NCBI GenBank assembly: GCA_945870835.1
Contig: CAMBTV010000001.1
Coordinates: 1 to 44,034 of the forward strand
From: Chitinophaga pinensis
Lineage (GTDB): Bacteria > Bacteroidota > Bacteroidia > Chitinophagales > Chitinophagaceae
Direction of reading: 5' to 3'
DNA length: 44,034 bases
The notes beneath the pieces were generated by a model. The model did not search any database, was not told where the DNA came from, and saw only the letters and a list, made by a program, of their open reading frames with translations. Shown here piece by piece: positions 29,372 through 38,585 of this stretch (position 1 is the first letter of the stretch; each line of letters begins with the position of its first letter). The position numbers and the translations under genes are program-made.

Positions 29372-30151
29372 TTATTTTCCAATAAATTTAGGCATACGTT
29401 TTTCAATGAATGCAAGTGCACCTTCTTTTTTGTCGGCAGTATCAAAGCTTTCACCAAATGCATTGTTTTCTATGGTATAGCCATTGGTGGAATGATCTTC
29501 TACTGCATTGACAGATCGAATGCATTCTGAAATTGCAATGGGAGCTTTTGAATTGATTACTGACAATATAGAAATTGCTTTATTCATCAAAGATTCTTCT
29601 TGCACTACGTAGTTTACTAGTCCGTATTGTAAGGCAGTGTTAGCGTCTATCATTATTCCACTAATCAATAATTCTATAGCTCGCCCTTTGCCTATTAATT
29701 TTGTTAATCTTTGAGTGCCACCATATCCAGGAACGATGCCTAGATTAACTTCTGGTTGTCCAAAACGCGCATTTTCAGAAGCAATTCTAAAATGACAGGC
29801 CATAGCTAGTTCGCAACCACCGCCCAATGCAAATCCATTCACTGCTGCAATAATTGGTTTGCCACTATTTTCTATTTTAAAAAAAATATCCTGACCTCTT
29901 TTAGATAATTTAATTGCCTCAGCTTTGGTTAAATCTGAAAATTCTGAGATATCAGCACCTGCAACAAATGCCTTTGAGCCTGAACCAGTAATAATTGCAG
30001 ATTTGATTAAAGGGTTGGAATAAATTTCATTAATTGCATGTTCTAATTCAGATAGTACAATACTATTCAATGCATTTAGTTTCTCAGGCCGATTGATGGT
30101 GATTGTATAAATACCATCGATTAAAGAAGTAACTAAAGTAGAGTAGCTCAT
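29372..30151 (-). CDS. Enoyl-CoA hydratase (crotonase family)
   Basis: FVAGADI, ALGGGCELA, QPEVNLG..PGYGGTQRL; both catalytic Glu present. Confidence 0.93.
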   Translation of the reverse strand: MSYSTLVTSLIDGIYTITINRPEKLNALNSIVLSELEHAINEIYSNPLIKSAIITGSGSKAFVAGADISEFSDLTKAEAIKLSKRGQDIFFKIENSGKPIIAAVNGFALGGGCELAMACHFRIASENARFGQPEVNLGIVPGYGGTQRLTKLIGKGRAIELLISGIMIDANTALQYGLVNYVVQEESLMNKAISILSVINSKAPIAISECIRSVNAVEDHSTNGYTIENNAFGESFDTADKKEGALAFIEKRMPKFIGK

Positions 30152-30204
30152 TTAAATTATTTTAACTCGCTTTTTAACAGATCCAATAAATTGTAATTAG
30201 CAAT

Positions 30205-30633
30205 TTAAAAATCTCGGTGGGTACTTACCCAATCCATTATATATTTAGCAATAGTAGATGTATTAGTTCCTGGAGGAAATAATTCACCTACTCCCATTTT
30301 ATTTAATTCTTTCATGTCTTGTTCTGGAATAATACCACCTCCTGTGAGTAGTACATCTGTCATCTGTTTTTCCTTCATTAAATTTATTATTTTAGGAAAA
30401 ACAGTATTGTGCGCACCACTAAGAATGCTGACACCAATTGCATCTACATCTTCTTGTAAGGCTGTATTTACAACCATTTCAGGAGTTTGTCGAAGACCAG
30501 TATAGATTACTTCCATTCCTGCATCTCTCAAAGAAGTAGCAATTATCTTAGCGCCACGATCATGACCGTCTAAACCTACTTTTGCAATTAATATGCGAAC
30601 AGGTCGCTTTTTATTTAAATTAAAATCGGTCAT
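30205..30633 (-). CDS. Stand-alone cobalamin-binding subunit of an acyl-CoA (methylmalonyl-CoA-type) mutase
   Basis: DxHxxG motif [26 protein letters not shown]; ATG 30633 preferred over TTG 30675, which lies inside gltX. Confidence 0.9.
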   Translation of the reverse strand: MTDFNLNKKRPVRILIAKVGLDGHDRGAKIIATSLRDAGMEVIYTGLRQTPEMVVNTALQEDVDAIGVSILSGAHNTVFPKIINLMKEKQMTDVLLTGGGIIPEQDMKELNKMGVGELFPPGTNTSTIAKYIMDWVSTHRDF

Positions 30634-30664
30634 TATAAGATAATTATTATTGAAGTTAAAGAAA

Positions 30665-32197
30665 TTAAGCTTCAAAAACCTTCAGGGCATATTCAATTCT
30701 TTCAAGCGTATTCAATTTACCAATTGTTTCAGCAATGATGAATAAGCCTGGCCCCATTTTGCTGCCTACTAAAAATACCCTGAGAATCATTTGTAATTCT
30801 CCCACTTTACTATTTTTTTCTGTAGCAATTTCTTTAAAAATGGTTTCTATGGAAATAGCCTCCCAACTTTCTAGTTGCTTTAATTGATTCATTAAAATAG
30901 TAAAATATTCTTTTTTACTATCATCCCATTTTGGCTTCACTGATGCTTCGTCAAAATTGCTGGGTGAATCAAAGAAGAAAACACCTTGGGTATAAAAGTC
31001 TGGTAGTAAAGTACAGCGTTCTTTTACTAAGTTCATTACTACACCTAAATAGCTGTCATCTATATTGGAGATTCCTTTGCTCAAGAAGATTTCTTTTACC
31101 CTTTCTTTATAATTCTCAATATCCAATTTTTTGATCCATTCTTGATTGAACCATTTTGCTTTTTCATAATCAAATTTGGCACCGCCTTTATGAACCTTTT
31201 CGATACTAAATTTTTCAATTAGCTCCTCTAGTGAAAATAGTTCTTGCTCGGTACCATCGTTCCAACCTAATACGGCCAAAAGGTTGATGAAAGCTTCTGG
31301 TAAAAATCCTAGTTCCTTAAATCCTTTGGTAATTTCACGACTAATAGGGTCTGTCCAATCCATGGCATAAACGGGAAAGCCTAGACGATCTCCGTCACGC
31401 TTACTAAGTTTTCCATTCCCATCCGGCTTAAGTATTAAAGGAAGATGCGCCCAATTGGGCATTTTATCTAGCCCAAACAAGTATTTCCATAAAAGAATGT
31501 GGACAGGGGCACTCGGCAGCCATTCTTCGCCTCTAAAAGCATGACTGATTTTCATTAAATGATCATCTACCACTACTGCAAGATGGTAGGTAGGCATACC
31601 ATCAGCCTTAAGCAATACTTTGTCATCTACTGTGTTAGTATCAAATTCCATTTCCCCTCTGATCATATCTGTAAAGGGGATTAGCTCGTTGGGATTTACT
31701 TTTATTCTGATCACATAAGGTGTCCCTGAATCAATTAATGCATTCGTTTCTTCGGGTAATAAGCGCAGTGAATTATTCATGCTCATCCGAATATGGTGAT
31801 CATATTGTAAACTATTGCTGCCAGCAGTCTTTAACTTTTCTCTCATCGCTTCTAATTCAGCAGCGGTGTCAAAGGCATAATATGCGTTACCTTGTTGAAT
31901 TAGTTGCTCTGCATATTGGCGATAACTTGGTTTTCTTTCACTCTGCCGGTAAGGAGCGTAAGGGCCACCATGGAGTACACTTTCATCTGGTACAAGTCCA
32001 CACCAATCTAAACAATCGAAAATATATTTTTCTGCACCATCTACCCATCTTGTTTGATCGGTATCTTCTACTCGAACTATAAAATCTCCATGGTATTTTT
32101 TTGCATACAAATAATTAAATAGTACGGTTCTAACTCCGCCTAAATGCAGACCTCCTGTTGGACTGGGTGCAAATCGAACTCTAACTTTATTAGCCAT
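30665..32197 (-). CDS. gltX: Glutamate--tRNA ligase
   Basis: [30 protein letters not shown]. Confidence 0.97.
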   Translation of the reverse strand: MANKVRVRFAPSPTGGLHLGGVRTVLFNYLYAKKYHGDFIVRVEDTDQTRWVDGAEKYIFDCLDWCGLVPDESVLHGGPYAPYRQSERKPSYRQYAEQLIQQGNAYYAFDTAAELEAMREKLKTAGSNSLQYDHHIRMSMNNSLRLLPEETNALIDSGTPYVIRIKVNPNELIPFTDMIRGEMEFDTNTVDDKVLLKADGMPTYHLAVVVDDHLMKISHAFRGEEWLPSAPVHILLWKYLFGLDKMPNWAHLPLILKPDGNGKLSKRDGDRLGFPVYAMDWTDPISREITKGFKELGFLPEAFINLLAVLGWNDGTEQELFSLEELIEKFSIEKVHKGGAKFDYEKAKWFNQEWIKKLDIENYKERVKEIFLSKGISNIDDSYLGVVMNLVKERCTLLPDFYTQGVFFFDSPSNFDEASVKPKWDDSKKEYFTILMNQLKQLESWEAISIETIFKEIATEKNSKVGELQMILRVFLVGSKMGPGLFIIAETIGKLNTLERIEYALKVFEA

Positions 32198-32201
32198 ATC
32201 G

Positions 32202-32209
32202 CAAAGATA
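32202..32209 (-). promoter_or_regulatory. -7 box TATCTTTG 4 nt upstream of the gltX ATG
   Basis: Plus strand CAAAGATA; exact consensus. Confidence 0.65.
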
Positions 32210-32258
32210 AGCCAGGAGTGAAATGAAAGGAAATTAAAGTTTTTACTTAAATAATTTA

Positions 32259-32969
32259 TTAAAAAAATGCTGCTATTTTATTGGCAATTAGTAAATGTCC
32301 TTTTTGATTGGGATGATTTACCTGCGACATATAATTTGTAATCGGATCTCCTGAGATGACTTTATTTCTAAATTCTTCATAGCTATCTATTAATCCAACA
32401 TCGTATTTTTTTGCTAAGGCCTTTATTTGTAAAGCGTGTTTTTCTAATTCATTATCGGGTGATAATATATCTAGTCTTTGATCAGGAGAAGGAGTTAATA
32501 GAATCACTTTTATATTTCTTTTTAAGGCTTTTTCAATCATTGTACTCCAAGCTTTGGCAGCTTTATCCAAACCAGCGGAGCGATCGTTGAGTGCGTAGTC
32601 AATAAATAATACATCAGGATGATGACTCAAAACAGTTGAATCAAATCTTTTTTCACCGCTTAATGAATTCTCGCCGCCGATAGAAGTGTTGATTATGTTA
32701 ATTACTGCAAATGGATACTTTTCTTTTACAATTTTTAATACTTGCATAGGATAGGAATCAAAAGTATTAACCACGGGTGTTTTAAAGTATCCCGCTGGAA
32801 CGGAATGCCCATGAAAAACTAAATTAATCGTCCTGTTTTTTGGCCACTCTTTTTTTAGTTCAGTTTTGATGTCAGTTAAATAATTATCTGGATCAGCAAG
32901 ATGAGGGATATCATTTTTTTGATAGGAGACTAGTAGAAAAGCAACTAAAATAAATATAATATTTTTCAT
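32259..32969 (-). CDS. SGNH/GDSL-family hydrolase, secreted
   Basis: Block I FHGHSV, block II SIGG, block III YALND, block V QVNHP; N-terminal signal-like helix. Confidence 0.85.
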   Translation of the reverse strand: MKNIIFILVAFLLVSYQKNDIPHLADPDNYLTDIKTELKKEWPKNRTINLVFHGHSVPAGYFKTPVVNTFDSYPMQVLKIVKEKYPFAVINIINTSIGGENSLSGEKRFDSTVLSHHPDVLFIDYALNDRSAGLDKAAKAWSTMIEKALKRNIKVILLTPSPDQRLDILSPDNELEKHALQIKALAKKYDVGLIDSYEEFRNKVISGDPITNYMSQVNHPNQKGHLLIANKIAAFF

Positions 32970-33031
32970 GTTGTATAGTTTAAAATTTGTTATAGCTAAA
33001 TCGAGGATAAAAACTTATCCTTTTATTAAGA

Positions 33032-33415
33032 TTATGCAACAACTGCAGTAAATTCAATCTCTACCAGATATTCAGGGGCTACTAACTTACTTACTTCATA
33101 AAATCCTGTAGCAGGCTTTATGTCCTTAAAGAAACTAGCATGCGCTTTTGCAACTGCTTCAAAACTAGTAATGTCAGTAGTGAAAATTCGTGTACGAATG
33201 ACATCTTTCATGCTTACATTCAGATCATTCAATACAATTTCAATCCTTTCTAAAATATTCATAGTTTGTGCATAAGCGTCATCTGCTTTAACTTTTACAC
33301 CATCTACGACAGCAACTGTTCCAGAGACTTCTACCATATTGCCAATTCGAACGGCGCGACAATAGCCCATCTTGTCTTCCCAAGGCGAACCTGTTAAAAT
33401 ATTCTTTCTTTCCAT
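33032..33415 (-). CDS. Rid (YjgF/YER057c/UK114) family protein
   Basis: GYCRAVR, VSGT, LVEIE; PATG in place of the PAR motif of true RidA. Confidence 0.9.
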   Translation of the reverse strand: MERKNILTGSPWEDKMGYCRAVRIGNMVEVSGTVAVVDGVKVKADDAYAQTMNILERIEIVLNDLNVSMKDVIRTRIFTTDITSFEAVAKAHASFFKDIKPATGFYEVSKLVAPEYLVEIEFTAVVA

Positions 33416-33580
33416 TTTTATAAAATAAGGGATTAATTATTCTTACAATATTATACTAAATATTGGTAAATTTTTCAGGATAAACCAATCAAGTTTTATC
33501 CTATTTACTCGATTGGGTTGTACCTGTTTCAAATTTTCAATATCCATTTTTCATTCACATAAAAGATTTTATTAATTGCG

Positions 33581-34597
33581 TTACCATTTTATAACTACTT
33601 TACCCATACTCTTTCTTTTTTCAAGATATTCATGGGCAGATGCTATTGCGGAAGCTTCAAATACTTTTCCAACGGTAGGTTTAAAGACTCCTGATGCAGT
33701 GAGTTTAACCACTTCTGTTAGGCAACGTTGCAATCTCTGAGGGTGTTGGTCTGCCAAACTTAGCATATTAACACCTATTATTGCTTTAGAGGGCATCATC
33801 AGCATTACAGGGTGATAAAAACCAAATCCGATGGCTACTTTTAATTTGCCCCATAAGTTTTTATTGGTCATGTCGGAGGCTCCGTAACAAATAATTCTGC
33901 CTCCTGCTGCTAAGGAGCGAAATCCTTTTTTTACTGATTGTCCTCCAACCGCATCAAATATTACATCCAACCCTTTTTCTTGAGTTATTTTTTTCACTTC
34001 TTTTTCAAAATCATGTGTTTGGTAATTGATCGGATGATGTACACCCAATTCTTTCAAATACTTTATTTTTTCTTCAGAGCCGGCAGTAGAAAAAATTTCA
34101 CATTGTTTGTATTTAGCAAATTGAATGAGTGCTGTTCCTACACCTCCTGCTCCAGAATGAATCAACACTTTGTCACCAGGGTGAAGGTTGACCATTTCTG
34201 CTGCTGCAAAATAGGCTGTGCAATATTGAGTGGTTAAGGCAGTAGCAGTTGTAGCGTCGACCGTTTCAGGAATAATAGCTGTAGCTCTAGCATCAGTAAT
34301 GGCATACTCTGCGTAGCCACCAAAACGAGTCATTGCAGTTACTCGATCACCAACATTTAAATGAGTAACCCCCTCTCCAATTTTTTCAATCCTACCAGCT
34401 ACATCATAGCCTAGTACACAGGGCATCGGCGGAGCATCCTTGTACATTCCATTACGGGCCATCACATCAGCAAAATTTAAACCAAAGGCTTCTACTTTTA
34501 TTAATACCTGGCCTGAAGTCGGAGTTGGAATAGGAATCTCTCTTGTTTCAAATGCTTTTTCGGACAATCCATTTTTAATTAGAAAGATTGCTTTCAT
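33581..34597 (-). CDS. MDR-family NADPH:quinone oxidoreductase-like protein (VAT-1-like)
   Basis: GLNFAD, HSGAGGVG, DAVGG, GKVV; no catalytic zinc motif evident. Confidence 0.88.
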   Translation of the reverse strand: MKAIFLIKNGLSEKAFETREIPIPTPTSGQVLIKVEAFGLNFADVMARNGMYKDAPPMPCVLGYDVAGRIEKIGEGVTHLNVGDRVTAMTRFGGYAEYAITDARATAIIPETVDATTATALTTQYCTAYFAAAEMVNLHPGDKVLIHSGAGGVGTALIQFAKYKQCEIFSTAGSEEKIKYLKELGVHHPINYQTHDFEKEVKKITQEKGLDVIFDAVGGQSVKKGFRSLAAGGRIICYGASDMTNKNLWGKLKVAIGFGFYHPVMLMMPSKAIIGVNMLSLADQHPQRLQRCLTEVVKLTASGVFKPTVGKVFEASAIASAHEYLEKRKSMGKVVIKW

Positions 34598-34745
34598 TTG
34601 TATTTTTTAATTAATTGATGAAAAGTGAACCTGCCCATTTGGACTATTGTTAATTTGATAAAAAACTAATTGATATTGTTTTCAATAAAATTATTTTTTA
34701 TCAATAAAATTACAATCTATTAAATAATCGATATATAAACTTTCA

Positions 34746-36023
34746 TTAAAATAAAATGCCGTCTTCTAAAAGAAACACAGCGATGCCAGCTATAAATCCA
34801 ACAATTGCAAGCCAGCTAATTTTTTTAAGATACCAGATAAAATTAATCTGCTCAATGCCCATCACCGCAACGCCTGCTGCTGAACCGATAATGATTGCAC
34901 TACCTCCTGTACCGGTAGTTAAAGCCAGAAATTCCCAAAATGGATGATCAGTTGGATAGGTTGATAAATCATACATTCCCTGTGTAGCTGCTACCAAGGG
35001 CACGTTATCTACAACGGAAGAAAGAATGCCTAAAGCAATACCAATAAGGAAATCATTGTGAAGGGAATTGCTGAGGTAAACAGCAGCTGTTTTTAATATT
35101 CCATAAGATTGTAATGCAGCAACCGCAAGTAAAATTCCAAGAAAAAATAATATACTTGGGGTATCTATTCTTTGCAAAGCTCTTGCTACTGTATATTTTT
35201 CTGCATACGCTGCCTCGTTTTTTTTGTGAATCAATGCATTGACTATCCACATGATGCTGAGTGCTAACAGCATTCCCATAAATGGAGGAAGATGCGTTAG
35301 GGTTTTAAATACAGGAACAAAAATCAATAAAATAATTCCTGCAACCAGTATAATATTACTTTCTTTTTTTTCTTTTGATGATCTTTTTTGTAAAGCGGAA
35401 GGGATGATTTTTTTTCCTTTAAATTGACGTGACATCAATAGAAGCGGAAGTCCGCAGGCTACCATAGATGGTAAGATTAGTTCCCGTATAATATTCAAAG
35501 CCGTTATTTGTCCGCCAATCCAAAGCATGGTGGTGGTAACGTCACCTAAAGGAGACCAGGCTCCTCCTGCATTGGCTGCGATCACAATCATTCCAGCAAA
35601 CCAAAGACGATCCTCCTTTTCGGATAAAATTTTTGTACAAAGTGACGTCATTATTATTGCGGTGGTTAGATTATCTAATAATGCCGAAAGAAAAAATGTA
35701 ATTCCTGTTACAATAAATAAGAGTCGTTTTTTATTAGTAGTAGTAATTTTTTGAGTAATAATTTCAAACCCATTGTGCGAGTCTATCAGCTCTACAATTG
35801 TCATGGCGCCAAGCAAAAAAAATAATATAGAAGCAATTTCTCCTAGGTGTTCAAATAGCTCTTTACTTACAGTTTCTGATGAGGGGCTTTGAAGTATATA
35901 AATCGTCCAGCACAAGACTCCAGTTAATAATGCTGCTGCTGCTTTGTTTAATTTTAATGGCTCCTCAAATGCAATTGCCAAATATCCCAAAATAAAAATT
36001 GCGATAAGGATAATTGTAATCAT
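34746..36023 (-). CDS. nhaD: Na+/H+ antiporter NhaD family
   Basis: LSALLDNLTT, AANAGGAWSPLGDVTTTMLW, VDNVPLVAA, IIGSAAGV; ATG 36023 preferred. Confidence 0.92.
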   Translation of the reverse strand: MITIILIAIFILGYLAIAFEEPLKLNKAAAALLTGVLCWTIYILQSPSSETVSKELFEHLGEIASILFFLLGAMTIVELIDSHNGFEIITQKITTTNKKRLLFIVTGITFFLSALLDNLTTAIIMTSLCTKILSEKEDRLWFAGMIVIAANAGGAWSPLGDVTTTMLWIGGQITALNIIRELILPSMVACGLPLLLMSRQFKGKKIIPSALQKRSSKEKKESNIILVAGIILLIFVPVFKTLTHLPPFMGMLLALSIMWIVNALIHKKNEAAYAEKYTVARALQRIDTPSILFFLGILLAVAALQSYGILKTAAVYLSNSLHNDFLIGIALGILSSVVDNVPLVAATQGMYDLSTYPTDHPFWEFLALTTGTGGSAIIIGSAAGVAVMGIEQINFIWYLKKISWLAIVGFIAGIAVFLLEDGILF

Positions 36024-36200
36024 TGCTCCAAAAATTGTTTGGGTAAAGATAAGGGAATTGGAAAATCCGACTTTTAGCAAGTCTACTACTAACTGATTCG
36101 CAGCTGTTGAACCAAAAAAGCTTTTAGGTTATATTAAAAAAACTCTAGGGAATACGTTTAAAAGCTAGCGTTGTTAAAAATATTTGTCACTAAAAAAGAA

Positions 36201-37400
36201 TTAAAAAGAAACCTTTCCTGGGTAATCTTCAAGCGCTTTTTCTAAACAATCCATTGCGGTATTGATTGCAGCAACATTTAAAACATAAGCTAGTCTAACT
36301 TCATTCTTACCAAGGCCAGGAGTGCTATAGAAGCCGCCTGCTGGAGCTAGCATGATGGTTTGTCCGTTGTAAGAAAAAGATTCTAATAGCCATTGACAAA
36401 ATGTTTCGGAATCGTCAATGGGTAATCTAGCAATGGTATAAAAAGCGCCTCCTGGGTTAGGACAAAATACGCCTGGTATTGAATTGAGCCTTTTTACAAT
36501 GGTATCTCTTCTTTTTTTGTATTCGGCTTTTGTTTCATCAAAATAATTATCTGGTAAATCAACTGCCGCTTCTCCTAATATTTGTGCAAAGCCCGGAGGA
36601 CTTAGTCGAGCCTGAGCAAATTTCATAACTGAGCTTAACACCTCCTTATTTTTTGTAATCAATGCTCCAATTCTACCTCCGCAAGCGCTATATCTTTTAC
36701 TGATAGAATCTATTAAAACTATGTGGTTTTCTACGTCTGTTAATGTCATAAAACTGGTGTGACTTCCTTCATAACAAAACTCACGGTATGCTTCATCGGC
36801 AAATAAGTAGAGGTTGTGTTTTATAATAATTTGCTTTAAAATTTCCATTTCTTCCTTACTGTATAAGTAGCCAGTAGGATTATTAGGATTACAAATCAGA
36901 ATCCCTTTTGTCTTGGGGGTAATAGCTTTTTCGAATTCAGCAATTGGAGGAAGTGCAAAATTTTTATCAATCGTAGAGGTAATTGGACGAACGACTACTC
37001 CAACTTCTACTGCATACGCCTTGTAGTTGGCATAAAAAGGTTCAGGTATAATGATCTCATCGCCTGGATCCATGCAGGCCATTAGTCCAAATAAAATAGC
37101 TTCACTTGCACCGGTGGTTATTATAATTTCGTCTGTAGTGACGTGTATATCAGATTTCGCATAATAGCCTATTAGTTTTTTTCGGTAACTCTCGTTTCCT
37201 GCACTATGACTGTATTCCAATATTTTGAAATCACTGTTTCTGACTGCATCTAGTGTTTGTTTGGGAGTCTCAATATCTGGCTGACCAATATTCAGGTGAA
37301 ATACGTGGATGCCTTTTTTTTGAGCAGCTTCTGCAAAAGGGACTAATTTTCGAATCGGAGAAGTTGGCATGATATGCCCTCGATGGCTGATAGATAACAT
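36201..37400 (-). CDS. PLP-dependent aminotransferase class I/II (aspartate aminotransferase-like)
   Basis: LNIGQPD, NPNNPTG, DEAY, SISKRYSACGGRIG. Confidence 0.93.
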   Translation of the reverse strand: MLSISHRGHIMPTSPIRKLVPFAEAAQKKGIHVFHLNIGQPDIETPKQTLDAVRNSDFKILEYSHSAGNESYRKKLIGYYAKSDIHVTTDEIIITTGASEAILFGLMACMDPGDEIIIPEPFYANYKAYAVEVGVVVRPITSTIDKNFALPPIAEFEKAITPKTKGILICNPNNPTGYLYSKEEMEILKQIIIKHNLYLFADEAYREFCYEGSHTSFMTLTDVENHIVLIDSISKRYSACGGRIGALITKNKEVLSSVMKFAQARLSPPGFAQILGEAAVDLPDNYFDETKAEYKKRRDTIVKRLNSIPGVFCPNPGGAFYTIARLPIDDSETFCQWLLESFSYNGQTIMLAPAGGFYSTPGLGKNEVRLAYVLNVAAINTAMDCLEKALEDYPGKVSF

Positions 37401-37404
37401 TTTG

Positions 37405-37436
37405 CAAATATAATGATGAATAGCTAGTGATTCAAG
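37405..37436 (-). promoter_or_regulatory. Promoter: -7 TATATTTG 4 nt upstream of the aminotransferase ATG, with TTG 20 nt further upstream
   Basis: Plus strand CAAATATA 37405-37412 and CAAG 37433-37436. Confidence 0.6.
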
Positions 37437-37593
37437 TTAGAATTACATTGATTTTTGATTCTTATTTCTAGCTATGCGTTGTTGTTGAATATCGGAATAA
37501 TATTATTTATTTTATTTATTCGAACGGGGGTATAAATAAATCAATTTTTGGGTAAATCAACTTAGATCTAGATGTAAGCTCGTTTTCGCAAGG

Positions 37594-38532
37594 TTAGACC
37601 CATCTATAGCCTCTCAAAAAATCGGCAATAGACATTTTCTTTTTACCTTCTAATTGTAGCTCAAGTATAGCAATATACCCATCGATACCTGCAAAGTGTA
37701 AAAAAGTTTTTTGATCAGTTAACCATTCACCAGCAGCAATATTTGGAGCAGTATTTATTTTCTCAGACTTGTATATTTTCACTTTTTTTTCTTCTAAAAA
37801 AGTAAATGCTGCTGGATAGGGAGAAAGGCCCCTGATTAGATTAAAGATTTCAATGATAGATTTATTCCAATCAATTTGGCAGGAAGCGGTAAAAATTTTT
37901 GGAGCAATTTTTAAATCTTTTAGTTCATTGCTTTCCATTTGTGGGGACTCTGTTAAATTCCCTTCCGCTAATCCTTTTATTGTTTGAAGCAGAAGTTCTG
38001 CACCAATTTCTTTCATCTTATCATGCAGCTCCCCTGCAGTTTCTTGCTCTCCAATAGGTATGGAAGTAGTCAACAAAATATCTCCTGTATCAATCTCTTG
38101 TTTTAATTTAAAAGTAGTAACACCAGTAAATTTTTCACCCTGAATAATCGCCCAGTTGATGGGCGCAGCTCCGCGGTATTGGGGCAATAGAGAACCATGC
38201 AAATTAACAGTTCCCATCGGCGGCATATTCCAAACTAGTTCTGGAAGCATTCGAAATGCTACCACTATTTGTAAGTCTGCATGTAGGTTTTTGAGCTGCT
38301 CTAAAAAATCAGGACTCTTTAATTTTTCTGGTTGTAATACAAAAAGGCCCTGTTCAATTGCATATTGTTTCACAGCGCTTTGTTGTAATTGCATTCCCCG
38401 TCCCGCAGCCTTATCGGGCGCAGTAACAACACCAACAATATTGCAGCCTGCTTTTACTAGTTTATCTAGTGTAGCTACTGCAAATTCTGGAGTACCCATA
38501 AATACAATTCTTAATCCCTCCATCTTTTTCAT
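37594..38532 (-). CDS. fmt: Methionyl-tRNA formyltransferase
   Basis: FMGTPEFA, NLHGSLLPQYRGAAPI, IDTGD, IRGLSPYP. Confidence 0.97.
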   Translation of the reverse strand: MKKMEGLRIVFMGTPEFAVATLDKLVKAGCNIVGVVTAPDKAAGRGMQLQQSAVKQYAIEQGLFVLQPEKLKSPDFLEQLKNLHADLQIVVAFRMLPELVWNMPPMGTVNLHGSLLPQYRGAAPINWAIIQGEKFTGVTTFKLKQEIDTGDILLTTSIPIGEQETAGELHDKMKEIGAELLLQTIKGLAEGNLTESPQMESNELKDLKIAPKIFTASCQIDWNKSIIEIFNLIRGLSPYPAAFTFLEEKKVKIYKSEKINTAPNIAAGEWLTDQKTFLHFAGIDGYIAILELQLEGKKKMSIADFLRGYRWV

Positions 38533-38537
38533 TGGTG

Positions 38538-38545
38538 CAAAGGTA
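38538..38545 (-). promoter_or_regulatory. -7 box TACCTTTG 5 nt upstream of the fmt ATG
   Basis: Plus strand CAAAGGTA; exact consensus. Confidence 0.6.
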
Positions 38546-38585
38546 GCCTCATTTTAATGATTCGAAAATAGCAATGAAATAGATT

